Positions 17,597 through 28,946 of a stretch of DNA of 53,366 nt are shown one piece after another; within the stretch, counting starts at the first letter, position 1; each line of letters opens with the position of its first letter. The DNA is from Candidatus Dojkabacteria bacterium. GTDB taxonomy: Bacteria; Patescibacteriota; Dojkabacteria; SC72. The notes under the pieces were generated by a model. It did not search any database and was not told the origin of the DNA. It saw only the letters and a program-made list of their open reading frames with translations. The position numbers and the translations under genes were made by a program. Where the stretch lies: the NCBI GenBank assembly GCA_041656215.1, contig JBBADY010000002.1:1-53366 (forward strand). Direction: 5' to 3'.

Positions 17597-17676
17597 TTTA
17601 AAGCCAGGCTTGGCAAACCTATAAGGTTGGGAATATCAGTTATATCCTTTAGATAGTGAAAAAGAGGTGTTTAGGC

Positions 17677-18576
17677 TTAGAGATCTTTTAAGCTTTTCTC
17701 TGCTTCTGGCTTATTATCATCTACTAATCCTAGATATTTCTCTGTAGTAGAGAGTCTTTTATGTCCTACTAACTTTGAAACAGTTACCAAACTAACACCA
17801 TTTGCTAGGTGGTGTGCAATGAATGTATTTCTTAAATCATTTACTTTTGCATTCTTAATTCCTGCTCTCTCAAAAGCTTTATCTATTGTAGTTCTAATAT
17901 TTCTTACTAATAGAGGTCTACCATTTTTAGTAACGTAAAGAGTATCCTCTTCTGTCTCAGGTCTAATCTCTAAGTATTCGTCAATAGCTTTCTTTGCGGA
18001 TTTATTAATAGGTACCTTTCTAGCAGGATGACTACCCGATGCTTTTATATAGATATAGTTGATTCCATCCTTTGTATTCCTAACATCCTCTAAAGTAAGA
18101 GTAGCTAACTCTCCGATTCTAATACCTGTTTGAAGTAGTAGCTCAACAATAGAGTAGAGCCTTATGTCAACCCTACTTACATCTCGCAATGCTCTATACT
18201 CCATTTCAGAAAGTACTCTTGGAGGTTTAGTTTCAAACTTTGGATGTGCAAGCTTCTCTGCAGGGTTATCCTTAATATGTGTATTCTCAAGTAGGTATCT
18301 ATAGAAGGTTCTTGTACTGTTAATTTTTCTTGAGATACTTTTTGGTGTGTAGTTATTATCCTGTAGGTGTTTCTTATATGCCTCTAAGTCTTCTATAGAG
18401 GTCTGTGACAATCTCATTATTCCTCTAGAGGAAAAATAGTTTAGGAGCTGTTCTACATCTTTTGCATATGCTATGACTGTGGCTTCAGACCTACCTTTGT
18501 TCCTTAATTCTTCTGTAAAAAGTTCTTGTTGTTTGGCAAAATCTGGGTTTGTAATTTTTTCCAATATATCAAACAA
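17677..18576 (-). CDS. tyrosine recombinase (XerC/XerD-like integrase family)
   Basis: 299 aa. N-terminal SAM-like domain and C-terminal catalytic region (TGIRIGELATL, LVGHKRLSTTEKYL). Confidence 0.85.
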   Translation of the reverse strand: MFDILEKITNPDFAKQQELFTEELRNKGRSEATVIAYAKDVEQLLNYFSSRGIMRLSQTSIEDLEAYKKHLQDNNYTPKSISRKINSTRTFYRYLLENTHIKDNPAEKLAHPKFETKPPRVLSEMEYRALRDVSRVDIRLYSIVELLLQTGIRIGELATLTLEDVRNTKDGINYIYIKASGSHPARKVPINKSAKKAIDEYLEIRPETEEDTLYVTKNGRPLLVRNIRTTIDKAFERAGIKNAKVNDLRNTFIAHHLANGVSLVTVSKLVGHKRLSTTEKYLGLVDDNKPEAEKSLKDL

Positions 18577-18683
18577 TCAATTTAAAAGTAGCCTAGTATA
18601 TAAACTATGAGATTATAGCATCCCTTGGTAAGCAATATCAATAATAAAAACTATGGATTGTTTTTGATGAGTTTCCCTTATTC

Positions 18684-18692
18684 TGGTAATAT
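18684..18692 (+). promoter_or_regulatory. extended -10 TGgTAATAT, 6 nt upstream of ATG 18699
   Basis: tcTGGTAATAT-ttttat-ATG. Confidence 0.5.
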
Positions 18693-18698
18693 TTTTAT

Positions 18699-19154
18699 AT
18701 GAGCAAAAGAATCAGATTTAAAAAGAGTAGGAAAGGTGATAGCAGTAAGCATAACTCTGAGTTACCTGAAATTTTTAATTCAATCTTTTTTAAGGGATTG
18801 TTAATAGGAATATCTATCTTTATTACAATCACTGTATATAATTCTGCAAAGATAACTGTTCAAAAGTTAGAGATATTAAAACAGGCAGAGAGAGAGGTTC
18901 AAGAGTTAAGGATTCAAAATCTTTATCTATCACTTGGTATTAAAGATATGTCTACAGATAGATATCTAGAGAAAGAGGCAAGAGAGAGATTAAATTTTGG
19001 TGATACGGGGGAAATACTGTTTGTGATACCAGAGAATGTTCTTGAACAGGCTCATATCCAAGTATTAGAAATAACAGAGGAGAAGGGTACATATGAACCT
19101 GGACAGAGAGTAAATATAGAAGATTGGGTGAGCTTTCTAGAGAGAGGAATTTGA
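18699..19154 (+). CDS. septum formation initiator family protein (FtsB/DivIC-like)
   Basis: Single TM, coiled coil, then STDRYLEKEARERLNFGDTGEILFVIPE, which is typical of DivIC/FtsB. Confidence 0.6.
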   Translation: MSKRIRFKKSRKGDSSKHNSELPEIFNSIFFKGLLIGISIFITITVYNSAKITVQKLEILKQAEREVQELRIQNLYLSLGIKDMSTDRYLEKEARERLNFGDTGEILFVIPENVLEQAHIQVLEITEEKGTYEPGQRVNIEDWVSFLERGI

Positions 19155-19193
19155 ATTAGGGCTTCAGTTAAGGTATAATCACAACTGCAATAT

Positions 19194-19268
19194 CGCGGGG
19201 TAGAGCAGTGGCAGCTCGTCAGGCTCATAACCTGAAGGTCGTTGGTTCGAATCCAACCCCCGCAACCA
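19194..19268 (+). tRNA. initiator tRNA-fMet (anticodon CAT), CCA encoded
   Basis: CGCGGGG...CCCCGCA-ACCA with the C1:A72 mismatch. Near-identical architecture to E. coli tRNA-fMet. Confidence 0.93.
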
Positions 19269-19360
19269 GATTTCCCTTATATTTTTCTATAATTTCTTCT
19301 TGGAACAGAGGGGATATTATGATAAAATCAGCTTTGGTATAAGATTTTAAGTACACAGAT

Positions 19361-19921
19361 ATGCCATTAACAGATCAGCCAGTAAAAGGAATGTATATTG
19401 TAGAAGATAATAGATTCTTCTATTTACAAGATAGAAAACTTAAAACGCAGGGTAGGCAAGGAGGCCTTATTATTATGCGTATGAAAGCATTAGATAATGG
19501 TCAAATTATTAATAAAACTATTAAATCAGGTACAAAGGTAGAGTATATAACTCCTGAAACAAAAGAGGTTCAGTATCTTTATAACGATAATTCAAATGTC
19601 TACTTTATGGATATGGAAAGTTATGAAAGTATCTCTATTCCTAAAGATGTAATAGGTGAATATATAAACTATCTTAAAGAGGGAGAGTCAATTCTCATAT
19701 TAACATATGAAGGCAAGGTATTAAGTGTAAAGGAGAATCCATCTGTAATATTAGAGGTAACGGAGGCTGATGAGGCTGTAAAGGGAAACACAGCTAATGC
19801 AGCAACAAAGAAAGTTACAGTAGAGACAGGATACAGATTAAATGTCCCCCTCTTTATCAGAAAAGGAGATAAAATTAAAATTAATACTGAAAGCGGTACA
19901 TACAGTAGTAAGGCAAATTAA
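19361..19921 (+). CDS. efp: elongation factor P
   Basis: 186 aa with three-domain EF-P similarity throughout (e.g. EVQYLYND, KGNTANAATKKVTVETGYRLNVPLFI). Confidence 0.9.
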   Translation: MPLTDQPVKGMYIVEDNRFFYLQDRKLKTQGRQGGLIIMRMKALDNGQIINKTIKSGTKVEYITPETKEVQYLYNDNSNVYFMDMESYESISIPKDVIGEYINYLKEGESILILTYEGKVLSVKENPSVILEVTEADEAVKGNTANAATKKVTVETGYRLNVPLFIRKGDKIKINTESGTYSSKAN

Positions 19922-19958
19922 GTATAGTTTTGGTATGGTATAATTGTTGGATTACTAA

Positions 19959-20035
19959 GGTGGGATAGCTCAGTTGGTTAGAGCATGGGACTCATAAACC
20001 CAAGGTCGGTGGTTCGATTCCACTTCCCACTACCA
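19959..20035 (+). tRNA. tRNA with CAT anticodon (elongator Met, or Ile2 if lysidine-modified), CCA encoded
   Basis: GGTGGGA..TCCCACT-A-CCA with anticodon loop CTCATAA. Confidence 0.88.
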
Positions 20036-20060
20036 CCCTTCTAAATTTTTTACGAGAAAT

Positions 20061-21920
20061 ATGAAAAAGAGTAAGAGTCAATCAATTAACAATGTAATAA
20101 GGATTAAGCCTAAGAAAAAAGGTCTCTCATGGAGTTCCATTATCGTATTCTTTGTACTTTCAATAATGTTAACAGTAGGTATTAATTCTTTCCTTAGTAT
20201 TGGAAGTAGGGGAGAGGAGGTTTCTTTAAGTGAAATAGTAAATGATATTTCAGAAGGTGAGTATGAAAAGGTTGCTCTTAAAGATGATATGGTATCCATC
20301 ACTATAAAAGATCAAAAGGATAAAACAGAGATTAAAAAGTATGCACTACTTCCTCAGGGTGTAGATTTTTACTCTATGCTTGCAGATGCAAATGTAGATA
20401 TTAAAACATTAAAGAATGACTACTATGAACCTCAATTAGGTATTACTTTTGGAGACATTGTCTCTATCGTTTTCCTTGGTGCAGGCTTAGTGTTGATATA
20501 TATCTTAATTAAGAATATGCAACAGTCTGGTGGTAAGATAATGGATTTTGGTCAGAGTAAGGCTAGATTACTTTTTGGTAAGAAGAGTGGTACTACATTT
20601 GACGATGTAGCTGGTATAGAGGAAGTAAAAGAAGAGTTAACAGAGATAGTAGATTTTCTTAAGAATCCTAAAAAGTATGCAAATATTGGTGCAAGAATTC
20701 CAAGGGGAGTACTGCTTGCAGGTGCGCCTGGTACAGGTAAAACCCTCTTAGCAAAGGCTGTTTCTGGTGAGGCAGGAGTTCCATTCTTTCATACCTCTGG
20801 TTCTGAATTTGAAGAGATGTTAGTTGGAGCAGGGGCTTCTAGAGTAAGAGATCTTTTTACTAAGGCAAGAAGAGCAGCTCCTTGTATAATCTTCATTGAT
20901 GAAATAGATGCAGTTGCTAAAAAGAGAGGTACTGTACTTCATTCTGGGGCTGGAGAGCAGACATTAAATCAGATACTTGTTGAGATGGATGGTTTAGAGC
21001 CAAGAGAGAATGTGATAATTTTAGCAGCAACTAATAGGCCTGATGTATTAGATCCTGCAATATTAAGACCAGGGAGATTTGATAGGACAGTTATTGTCCA
21101 TATGCCTGATTACAGTGGTAGAAAGGAAATTATTAAGGTTCATGCAAAAGATAAGAAATTTGAAGATGGTGTAGACCTTGATATTATCGCTAAAAAAACA
21201 ATAGGTTACTCTGGTGCGGACTTAGAGAATCTTTTAAATGAAGCTGCAATTATGGCAGCAAAAGAGGATAGGAAGAAGATAGGTCAGGATGATTTGTTAG
21301 AATCATATCTTAAAGTAAAGTTAGGTAGGAAGAAGAAAGGTCAGATTAGTGAAGAGGATATAAAGCTAACTGCGTATCATGAGGCAGGGCATGCAATAGT
21401 ATCAAAGTTCACAAAGCATTCTACTCCTGTAGAGCAAGTCTCCATCATCCCTAGAGGTATGACAGGGGGCGTTACAGTGTACCTTCCAGAGGATGATAAG
21501 AAGCATACGTACAAAGATGAATTAATAGCAAGTTTGACCTCAGCAGTAGGTGGTAGAGCCGCAGAGGAGATATTCATTGGAAGAATAAGTACAGGAGCAT
21601 CTAGTGATATAGAGCAAGCTACATCAATTGCAAGAGAGATGGTTACACAGTACGGTATGTCCGATAAGTTAGGAATGGTCAAGTATGGGGATGTAGAAGA
21701 GACAAAGCATTTAGGATACTCATACGGAGGTGGTAAAGACTTTAGTGAGAAGTATGCAGAGCTTATCGATGAAGAGGTTAAATCTTTAATGGAGAATGCA
21801 ATGAAAGATGCAAAGAAGGTTCTAAAAGAGAATAAGGTGTATGTAGAGAAATTAGTAGAGCTTCTTTTAGAGAAAGAGGTTGTAATTAAAGAGGAGTTTG
21901 ATTCTATATTCACACAGTAG
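20061..21920 (+). CDS. ftsH: ATP-dependent zinc metalloprotease FtsH
   Basis: Two TM helices, AAA Walker [12 protein letters not shown] region, zinc motif HEAGHAIV. Confidence 0.95.
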   Translation: MKKSKSQSINNVIRIKPKKKGLSWSSIIVFFVLSIMLTVGINSFLSIGSRGEEVSLSEIVNDISEGEYEKVALKDDMVSITIKDQKDKTEIKKYALLPQGVDFYSMLADANVDIKTLKNDYYEPQLGITFGDIVSIVFLGAGLVLIYILIKNMQQSGGKIMDFGQSKARLLFGKKSGTTFDDVAGIEEVKEELTEIVDFLKNPKKYANIGARIPRGVLLAGAPGTGKTLLAKAVSGEAGVPFFHTSGSEFEEMLVGAGASRVRDLFTKARRAAPCIIFIDEIDAVAKKRGTVLHSGAGEQTLNQILVEMDGLEPRENVIILAATNRPDVLDPAILRPGRFDRTVIVHMPDYSGRKEIIKVHAKDKKFEDGVDLDIIAKKTIGYSGADLENLLNEAAIMAAKEDRKKIGQDDLLESYLKVKLGRKKKGQISEEDIKLTAYHEAGHAIVSKFTKHSTPVEQVSIIPRGMTGGVTVYLPEDDKKHTYKDELIASLTSAVGGRAAEEIFIGRISTGASSDIEQATSIAREMVTQYGMSDKLGMVKYGDVEETKHLGYSYGGGKDFSEKYAELIDEEVKSLMENAMKDAKKVLKENKVYVEKLVELLLEKEVVIKEEFDSIFTQ

Positions 21921-21943
21921 TAGATATCCTTCTAGGTCTTTAG

Positions 21944-21949
21944 TAAAAT
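21944..21949 (+). promoter_or_regulatory. -10 element TAAAAT, 6 nt upstream of the polA ATG
   Basis: tagTAAAAT-actgtt-ATG(21956). Confidence 0.45.
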
Positions 21950-21955
21950 ACTGTT

Positions 21956-24649
21956 ATGACAATAGTAAATGGTAATAAGGATGTATTTTTGGCTATAGAT
22001 GCAAATGCGATTGTTCACAGAGCATTCCATGCATATCCATCTACACTTCAAACAGATGAAGGTATACAGGTAAATGCTGTATACGGTTTTACTTCGATGC
22101 TTCTGGATGCTATAAAAATGTTTAATCCTAAGTACGTTCTTTGTGCCATGGATACAAGTAAACCTACCTTTAGACACACCATATATTCTGATTACAAGGC
22201 TACTAGAAAACCAACAGATCTTTCTTTGGTAGACCAGTTTCCTTTAGTAGAAGAGATTCTAAAAGCATTTAATATCCCTGTACTTAAAAAAGAGGGGTAT
22301 GAAGCAGATGATATTCTCGGAACAATCTCAAAATATGTATATGAAGGGACTTGGAGTAGTGAGAACATAGATTTATACATACTCAGTGGTGATAGAGATC
22401 TGTTGCAGTTAATCAATCCTAAAACATATATATGTTTACCAAATGGAAATTTCAAAAATATTGTTATTTACGATAGAGATAAAACCTATGAGAAGTTTGG
22501 TTACTACCCAGAGCAGGTTGTAGATTACAAAGCTATGGTAGGGGATAGTTCTGACAATATCCCTGGAGTAAAAGGTGTGGGTGATAAAACAGCACTTGAC
22601 CTATTAAAAAGGTTTGAGACATTAGATGGTATATACAAGAATATAAATGAGGTAGAGGGAAGGTTTAAGAATCTTTTAGTAGAAGGTATAGAGCAAGCAG
22701 AGTTTAGTAAAGAACTTGCTACAATTGACAGAGACGTAGATATAGATATTCATATGACAGATTGTGTATTAAAGAATTTAGATAGGAAGTTACTAACTCA
22801 TACATTTAAAAAATATGCATTTAAATCCCTTATAAAGAAGTTAGATGATATTTTTGGTAAAGAAGAAATACTTTCTGATTACTCTCAATTAGATATGTTT
22901 AATGCCTCTAGTAGTGAGTACAAATGGGATATGCAAGAGGAGATAGAGAGAGCTATAAAGTCTTCTGATGATATAAAGGTTGTATATATTAATGAACAGG
23001 AGTCATACAACAAAGAGGCTTTTCTTTTTGTTCAAGTACTTGATGAGGATAAGAGTAAGCAGTATTTCCTGTCTAAAATATTTAATATAGTGCCCTTACT
23101 TAGTGGTAAGAAGGTTCTCTTCTATAACTTTGAAGAGTTAGTTAGCCTCTATAATATAGATCTAAGTATAAAGTACTCTCTTTTCTTTGATGTATTACTT
23201 ACTCAGCATGTTCTTAGCTCTGAGAAAAGAGACTCTAAAATGAGAGATATTGCCTTTGATTACTCCACTAAAATATTAGAAGAGAAGATATCTCCTTACC
23301 AGTGTGAGTTAGTAATGGATGTTTTGGAAGATACATATGTAGCACAGATGGAGCAGATAAATAACTTAGAGCTGTATGAGTATGCTAAAGATAGTATAAA
23401 GAGATATCTTGGAGTGAAAGAAAGCCTAATATTAAATGTCCTTAGTAAGATTGAAATACCTACCTCTATTATTCTTTCTGGTATGGAAAGAAGAGGTATA
23501 CAGTTAGATTGGGAGAAGGTATCTAATCTCCGAGAAGAGTTAAGAAGCGAGACAGAGAAAGTGAGCATGATTATTTATAATATCGTAGGTCATGAATTTA
23601 ATATTAATTCTCCTAAACAGCTCTCTGATGTACTGTACCAAGAGTTAAGCTTACCAAAACAGGTTAAAAGTAGTACAAAAGAGTCGGTATTAAGAGGAAT
23701 GTTAGGATTGCATCCAATAATTGAACATCTTCTTTACTACAGAGAGATTACTAAAATACAGAGTACATATGTTGAACCTTTATATATGAATAGTGAAGCA
23801 GATAGTAATGGTAAATACTCTGTACATACTGATTATAAACAAACAGGTACTACCTCTGGTAGATTCTCATCTGTAAATCCTAATATGCAAAATTTACCTT
23901 TAGAAGGAGAGTGGGCTAGAAGAGTTAGAGAGTGTTTTGTAGCAAGAGATGGTTTTAAACTACTTGCTATGGATTACTCTCAAATGGAGCTTAGAATTAT
24001 GGCAGATCTTGCTAATGATAAACTCCTTATCCAAGACTTTATTAATGGTTTAGATATTCACTCTGCAACAGCAGCGAGAGTATTAGATAAGAAACTAGTG
24101 GATATTACTCATAAAGAGAGAAGTTTAGGTAAAACAGTTAACTTCGGAATGATCTTTGGACAGACACCCTTTGGTTTGGCATCTCTTCTAGGTATAGATA
24201 GAGAATTAGCGGGTAAATATATAAATGCATACTTTGAAAACTATAAAGGAGTAGAGGAGTATATGAGAAAGATAGAGTTTGAGGCATTTGAAAGAGGCTA
24301 TGTGCAGACAATATTTGGAACAACAAGAAATATTTCCGCTATTAGATCTAGAAATCAAAGAACAAGAGCAGCAGCAGCAAGAGAGGCTATAAATATGCCT
24401 ATACAGGGCAGTGAGGCAGATATTATGAAATTTGTAATGGTGAGAATAGCGGAATATATAGAAGAGAGACATAAAGAAGAGGCTTTTATCATTCTTCAAA
24501 TACATGATGAGATAGTTATGGAGGTTAAAGAAGATATCATCGAAGAGTTCTCTCAGGATGTTAAAGACATTATGTTAACAACAGTAGAGCTTCAGGTACC
24601 ATTGGATGTTCATTTGTCCATAGGAGATAGGCTTTCGGATTTAAAATAA
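21956..24649 (+). CDS. polA: DNA polymerase I (5'-3' exonuclease plus family A polymerase; the 3'-5' exo motifs look degenerate)
   Basis: 5' nuclease motif GYEADDILGT. Polymerase motifs: A is LLAMDYSQMELRIMA, B is RSLGKTVNFGMIFG, C is QIHDEIV. Confidence 0.95.
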   Translation: MTIVNGNKDVFLAIDANAIVHRAFHAYPSTLQTDEGIQVNAVYGFTSMLLDAIKMFNPKYVLCAMDTSKPTFRHTIYSDYKATRKPTDLSLVDQFPLVEEILKAFNIPVLKKEGYEADDILGTISKYVYEGTWSSENIDLYILSGDRDLLQLINPKTYICLPNGNFKNIVIYDRDKTYEKFGYYPEQVVDYKAMVGDSSDNIPGVKGVGDKTALDLLKRFETLDGIYKNINEVEGRFKNLLVEGIEQAEFSKELATIDRDVDIDIHMTDCVLKNLDRKLLTHTFKKYAFKSLIKKLDDIFGKEEILSDYSQLDMFNASSSEYKWDMQEEIERAIKSSDDIKVVYINEQESYNKEAFLFVQVLDEDKSKQYFLSKIFNIVPLLSGKKVLFYNFEELVSLYNIDLSIKYSLFFDVLLTQHVLSSEKRDSKMRDIAFDYSTKILEEKISPYQCELVMDVLEDTYVAQMEQINNLELYEYAKDSIKRYLGVKESLILNVLSKIEIPTSIILSGMERRGIQLDWEKVSNLREELRSETEKVSMIIYNIVGHEFNINSPKQLSDVLYQELSLPKQVKSSTKESVLRGMLGLHPIIEHLLYYREITKIQSTYVEPLYMNSEADSNGKYSVHTDYKQTGTTSGRFSSVNPNMQNLPLEGEWARRVRECFVARDGFKLLAMDYSQMELRIMADLANDKLLIQDFINGLDIHSATAARVLDKKLVDITHKERSLGKTVNFGMIFGQTPFGLASLLGIDRELAGKYINAYFENYKGVEEYMRKIEFEAFERGYVQTIFGTTRNISAIRSRNQRTRAAAAREAINMPIQGSEADIMKFVMVRIAEYIEERHKEEAFIILQIHDEIVMEVKEDIIEEFSQDVKDIMLTTVELQVPLDVHLSIGDRLSDLK

Positions 24650-25021
24650 GTGAGTATAGATATGTTTAAAAAAATTGTCGGTTTTATATTCTCCTTTATA
24701 GGTATTCTTCTTCTCCTTCGATATATAACTAAGAAAGAGAGAGTTACAACATTAGAAACAGAAAGGGAGGATATTAAGGATAAGCAGAGTGATACTATTG
24801 AAGCTTTAATAAAGGAAAATAGTAAGGTCTTAAATAAAAGACAGGAAGAGATATTAAAGCTGTATAGGAAAAGATTTATACTTTTACCCTCAGATATCTA
24901 CGCTATTGACCCTTCTTTATCAACTAGAACCTTTAGAAGAGATATGACTCATCTTGTTAGCTTAGGTATGGTAATACAAGAGGGTAGTACAAAAGATACC
25001 CGTTATATATTAAAAAAGTAA
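24650..25021 (+). CDS. small membrane-anchored protein with a C-terminal winged-helix (DeoR/Fic-associated type) domain
   Basis: 123 aa. GTG lies directly after the polA stop (alternative ATG at 24662). The TM is IVGFIFSFIGILLLL. The C-terminus reads STRTFRRDMTHLVSLGMVIQEGSTKDTRYILK. Confidence 0.5.
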   Translation: MSIDMFKKIVGFIFSFIGILLLLRYITKKERVTTLETEREDIKDKQSDTIEALIKENSKVLNKRQEEILKLYRKRFILLPSDIYAIDPSLSTRTFRRDMTHLVSLGMVIQEGSTKDTRYILKK

Positions 25022-25022
25022 T

Positions 25023-26858
25023 ATGAAATATTTTCAACTTGCAAAACTTTTTGAAAAGATAGAGGGTATTAGCTCTCGAAATGAGATGTCTGCTGTTTTA
25101 GCTGAGTTTCTTAAGAAGTGCAATACCCAAGAGATTCAGATCATTTCATATATGATTCTTGGCCGTTTAGCACCTATGTTTGTTAAAGCAGAGTTTAACT
25201 ACTCTGAAAAGAGCCTTATTAATCTTCTAACAGAGTATACAAAACAAGATATTCAAAAAGAGAGGAATGAATTAGGAGATATAGGGGATACTGTTGCAAA
25301 AGTATTATCTAAACATACATCTAAAGGCTCTTCTGTAAGTATAAAAGAGCTGTATGAGATATTATGGAAGATAGTTAATAGCAGTGGTACAGGCTCTATA
25401 CAGGTTAAAAATAAGATTATACTAGAGTGTTTACAAAAGTTCACCCCTTTGGAGTCTAAATATTTTGCTCGTATTATATGTGGACAGCTTCGTCTCGGTA
25501 TGAATGTACGCTCTCTCTTAGATGTCTACTCCATTGCTTTGGTTGGAGATAAAGGATTGAAGAAGATATTAGAACATGCATACGGTGTGTGTGCAGATGT
25601 TGGATATATAGCAAGGAGTGGTTTTGATTCTAGTAATCCAAAGGATGCACTTAGTAAAATAGATATTGTATTAGGTACTCCAATTCAATCAAGGTTGGTA
25701 GAAAGAGTAGGGAGCTTTAATGAGGTTATAGAGAGGTTTCAAGGTAAGATTATCTTACAGCCTAAGTTTGATGGTATAAGGTGTCAGATACATAAGTGGC
25801 CTAAAGGGAGTCAAAAGGAGAAAGAGGAACTTTCGGTATGGAGAACCTATATCCAGAAAGAAGAAGCTGTAGTCGGACTATTTTCTTCTAAGGGGGAGTT
25901 TAGTAGTGAGGTTAGACTTTTTACTCGTAATTTAGAGGATGTTACAGAAATGTTTCCTGAAATAGTAGATGCAGCAAGGGATCTACCTGAGGACTCTTTT
26001 ATACTAGATTCAGAAATTGTTGGTTGGGATTACCAAAAAGATCACTTTATGTCATATCAAGAGACTATGCAAAGAAGAAGGAGATACTCTGTTGCAGATA
26101 AGATGGTAGAGATTCCTGTAAAAGCATTTACATTTGATATTCTTTCATTAGATGGTAAATCTTTAATTAGGAAAGATACAGTAGAAAGATTAAAGATATT
26201 AAAGAAGCTCTTAGATGATACTAAAGGGGGTATAGAATTGGCGGAGAGTAAGGAGGTTTCTACAGAGAAAGAAGTTAAAGATTATTTTGATAAATCTGTA
26301 GAGAAGGGGTTAGAGGGAGTCATAGTTAAGCAGGGAAAGGGAGGATATAAACCGGGGGTAAGAAACTACGAATGGGTTAAATTAAAGAAATCTATGGAAA
26401 GAGACCTTATAGATAGTGTAGATATGGCTATTGTTGGATATTTCTACGGTTCTGGAAGAAGAGCAGACTTGGGTTTAGGTGCAATTCTAGCAGCTGTTTT
26501 GAATAAAAAGAAAGGTACGTATGATGCAATATGCAAGGTAGGCACAGGAATGGGAGATGAATTACTTAAAGATATGAGTAAGAAGTTGGGGGAATTAAAG
26601 CTTAAATCTATACCGAAAAATGTTCGTATTCTAGATTCTCTTGTTCCTGATGTATGGGTAGAGCCTAAATATGTAGTTACAGTTGATGCAGATGAGATAA
26701 CTAAAACCATCTCTAATAAAGGGAAAGCTCTTGTAGGGGCAGGTCTCTCTTTACGCTTTCCTAGGCTCATTGAGTTTGATAGAGACAAGCTAGTAGAGGA
26801 CATTACTACTGTTGCTGAATTAGAGTCTATGTATGAGATGAGAAATAGTAAAAAATAG
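25023..26858 (+). CDS. lig: ATP-dependent DNA ligase (three-domain Lig1/archaeal-like)
   Basis: Motif I PKFDGIRCQIH, plus SEIVGWD, EGVIVK and WVKLKK. N-terminal DNA-binding domain of about 230 aa. Confidence 0.9.
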   Translation: MKYFQLAKLFEKIEGISSRNEMSAVLAEFLKKCNTQEIQIISYMILGRLAPMFVKAEFNYSEKSLINLLTEYTKQDIQKERNELGDIGDTVAKVLSKHTSKGSSVSIKELYEILWKIVNSSGTGSIQVKNKIILECLQKFTPLESKYFARIICGQLRLGMNVRSLLDVYSIALVGDKGLKKILEHAYGVCADVGYIARSGFDSSNPKDALSKIDIVLGTPIQSRLVERVGSFNEVIERFQGKIILQPKFDGIRCQIHKWPKGSQKEKEELSVWRTYIQKEEAVVGLFSSKGEFSSEVRLFTRNLEDVTEMFPEIVDAARDLPEDSFILDSEIVGWDYQKDHFMSYQETMQRRRRYSVADKMVEIPVKAFTFDILSLDGKSLIRKDTVERLKILKKLLDDTKGGIELAESKEVSTEKEVKDYFDKSVEKGLEGVIVKQGKGGYKPGVRNYEWVKLKKSMERDLIDSVDMAIVGYFYGSGRRADLGLGAILAAVLNKKKGTYDAICKVGTGMGDELLKDMSKKLGELKLKSIPKNVRILDSLVPDVWVEPKYVVTVDADEITKTISNKGKALVGAGLSLRFPRLIEFDRDKLVEDITTVAELESMYEMRNSKK

Positions 26859-26861
26859 GTA

Positions 26862-26890
26862 TTGCATAGAAGGTATCTGTGTGTTAAAAT
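26862..26890 (+). promoter_or_regulatory. rRNA operon promoter (-35 TTGCAT, 17-nt spacer, extended -10 TGtTAAAAT)
   Basis: -35 at 26862-26867 and -10 at 26885-26890. Confidence 0.6.
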
Positions 26891-27162
26891 CACCCACGAG
26901 TTTGGGATAAACGAGTATTAGGTTTCCTCTTAGAGATTTCCTCTAAAGAATACCATTTAGTGTGTATTGATTGAGTCCAACTCAGCTCCTTAAAAGTTGA
27001 AGAGTGACAGGAAGTCAAAAAAATATTCATTTAATGACTTTCTATTAGTGTGTGTGATTTTTTGGTCACACAATTCATTTAAGTCTAGATATAAATCCAA
27101 TCCAGCGTTGGTTGGTCTGTATTTAACAGCTTGCTGTTATATATTGTAAAGTTAAACGTTTT

Positions 27163-28712
<1,550 letters not shown>

Positions 28713-28763
28713 TCAAGGAGATACCCGACTTTCCTGTCACTTTTTAGCTCTTAAGGAGAATAT

Positions 28764-28780
28764 AGCTCTTTAAATTAAAA
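28764..28780 (+). promoter_or_regulatory. boxA-like antitermination element in the 16S-23S spacer
   Basis: aGCTCTTTAAattaaaa contains a 9-nt match to the E. coli rrn boxA core GCTCTTTAA. Confidence 0.4.
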
Positions 28781-28786
28781 CAATGT

Positions 28787-28863
28787 GGGCGTATAGCTCA
28801 GTTGGTTAGAGCACAGTCCTGATAAGACTGAGGTCCTAAGTTCGAGACTTAGTACGCCCACCA
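28787..28863 (+). tRNA. tRNA-Ile (anticodon GAT), CCA encoded
   Basis: GGGCGTA..TACGCCC-A-CCA with loop CTGATAA. Located in the spacer. Confidence 0.95.
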
Positions 28864-28872
28864 GTCTAATTC

Positions 28873-28946
28873 GGGCCTGTAGTTCAGTTGGCTAGAACGC
28901 CTCATTTGCAATGAGGAGGTCAGGAGTTCGATTCTCCTCAGGTCCA
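28873..28946 (+). tRNA. tRNA-Ala (anticodon TGC)
   Basis: GGGCCTG..CAGGTCC-A with G3:U70 and loop TTTGCAA. Confidence 0.95.
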
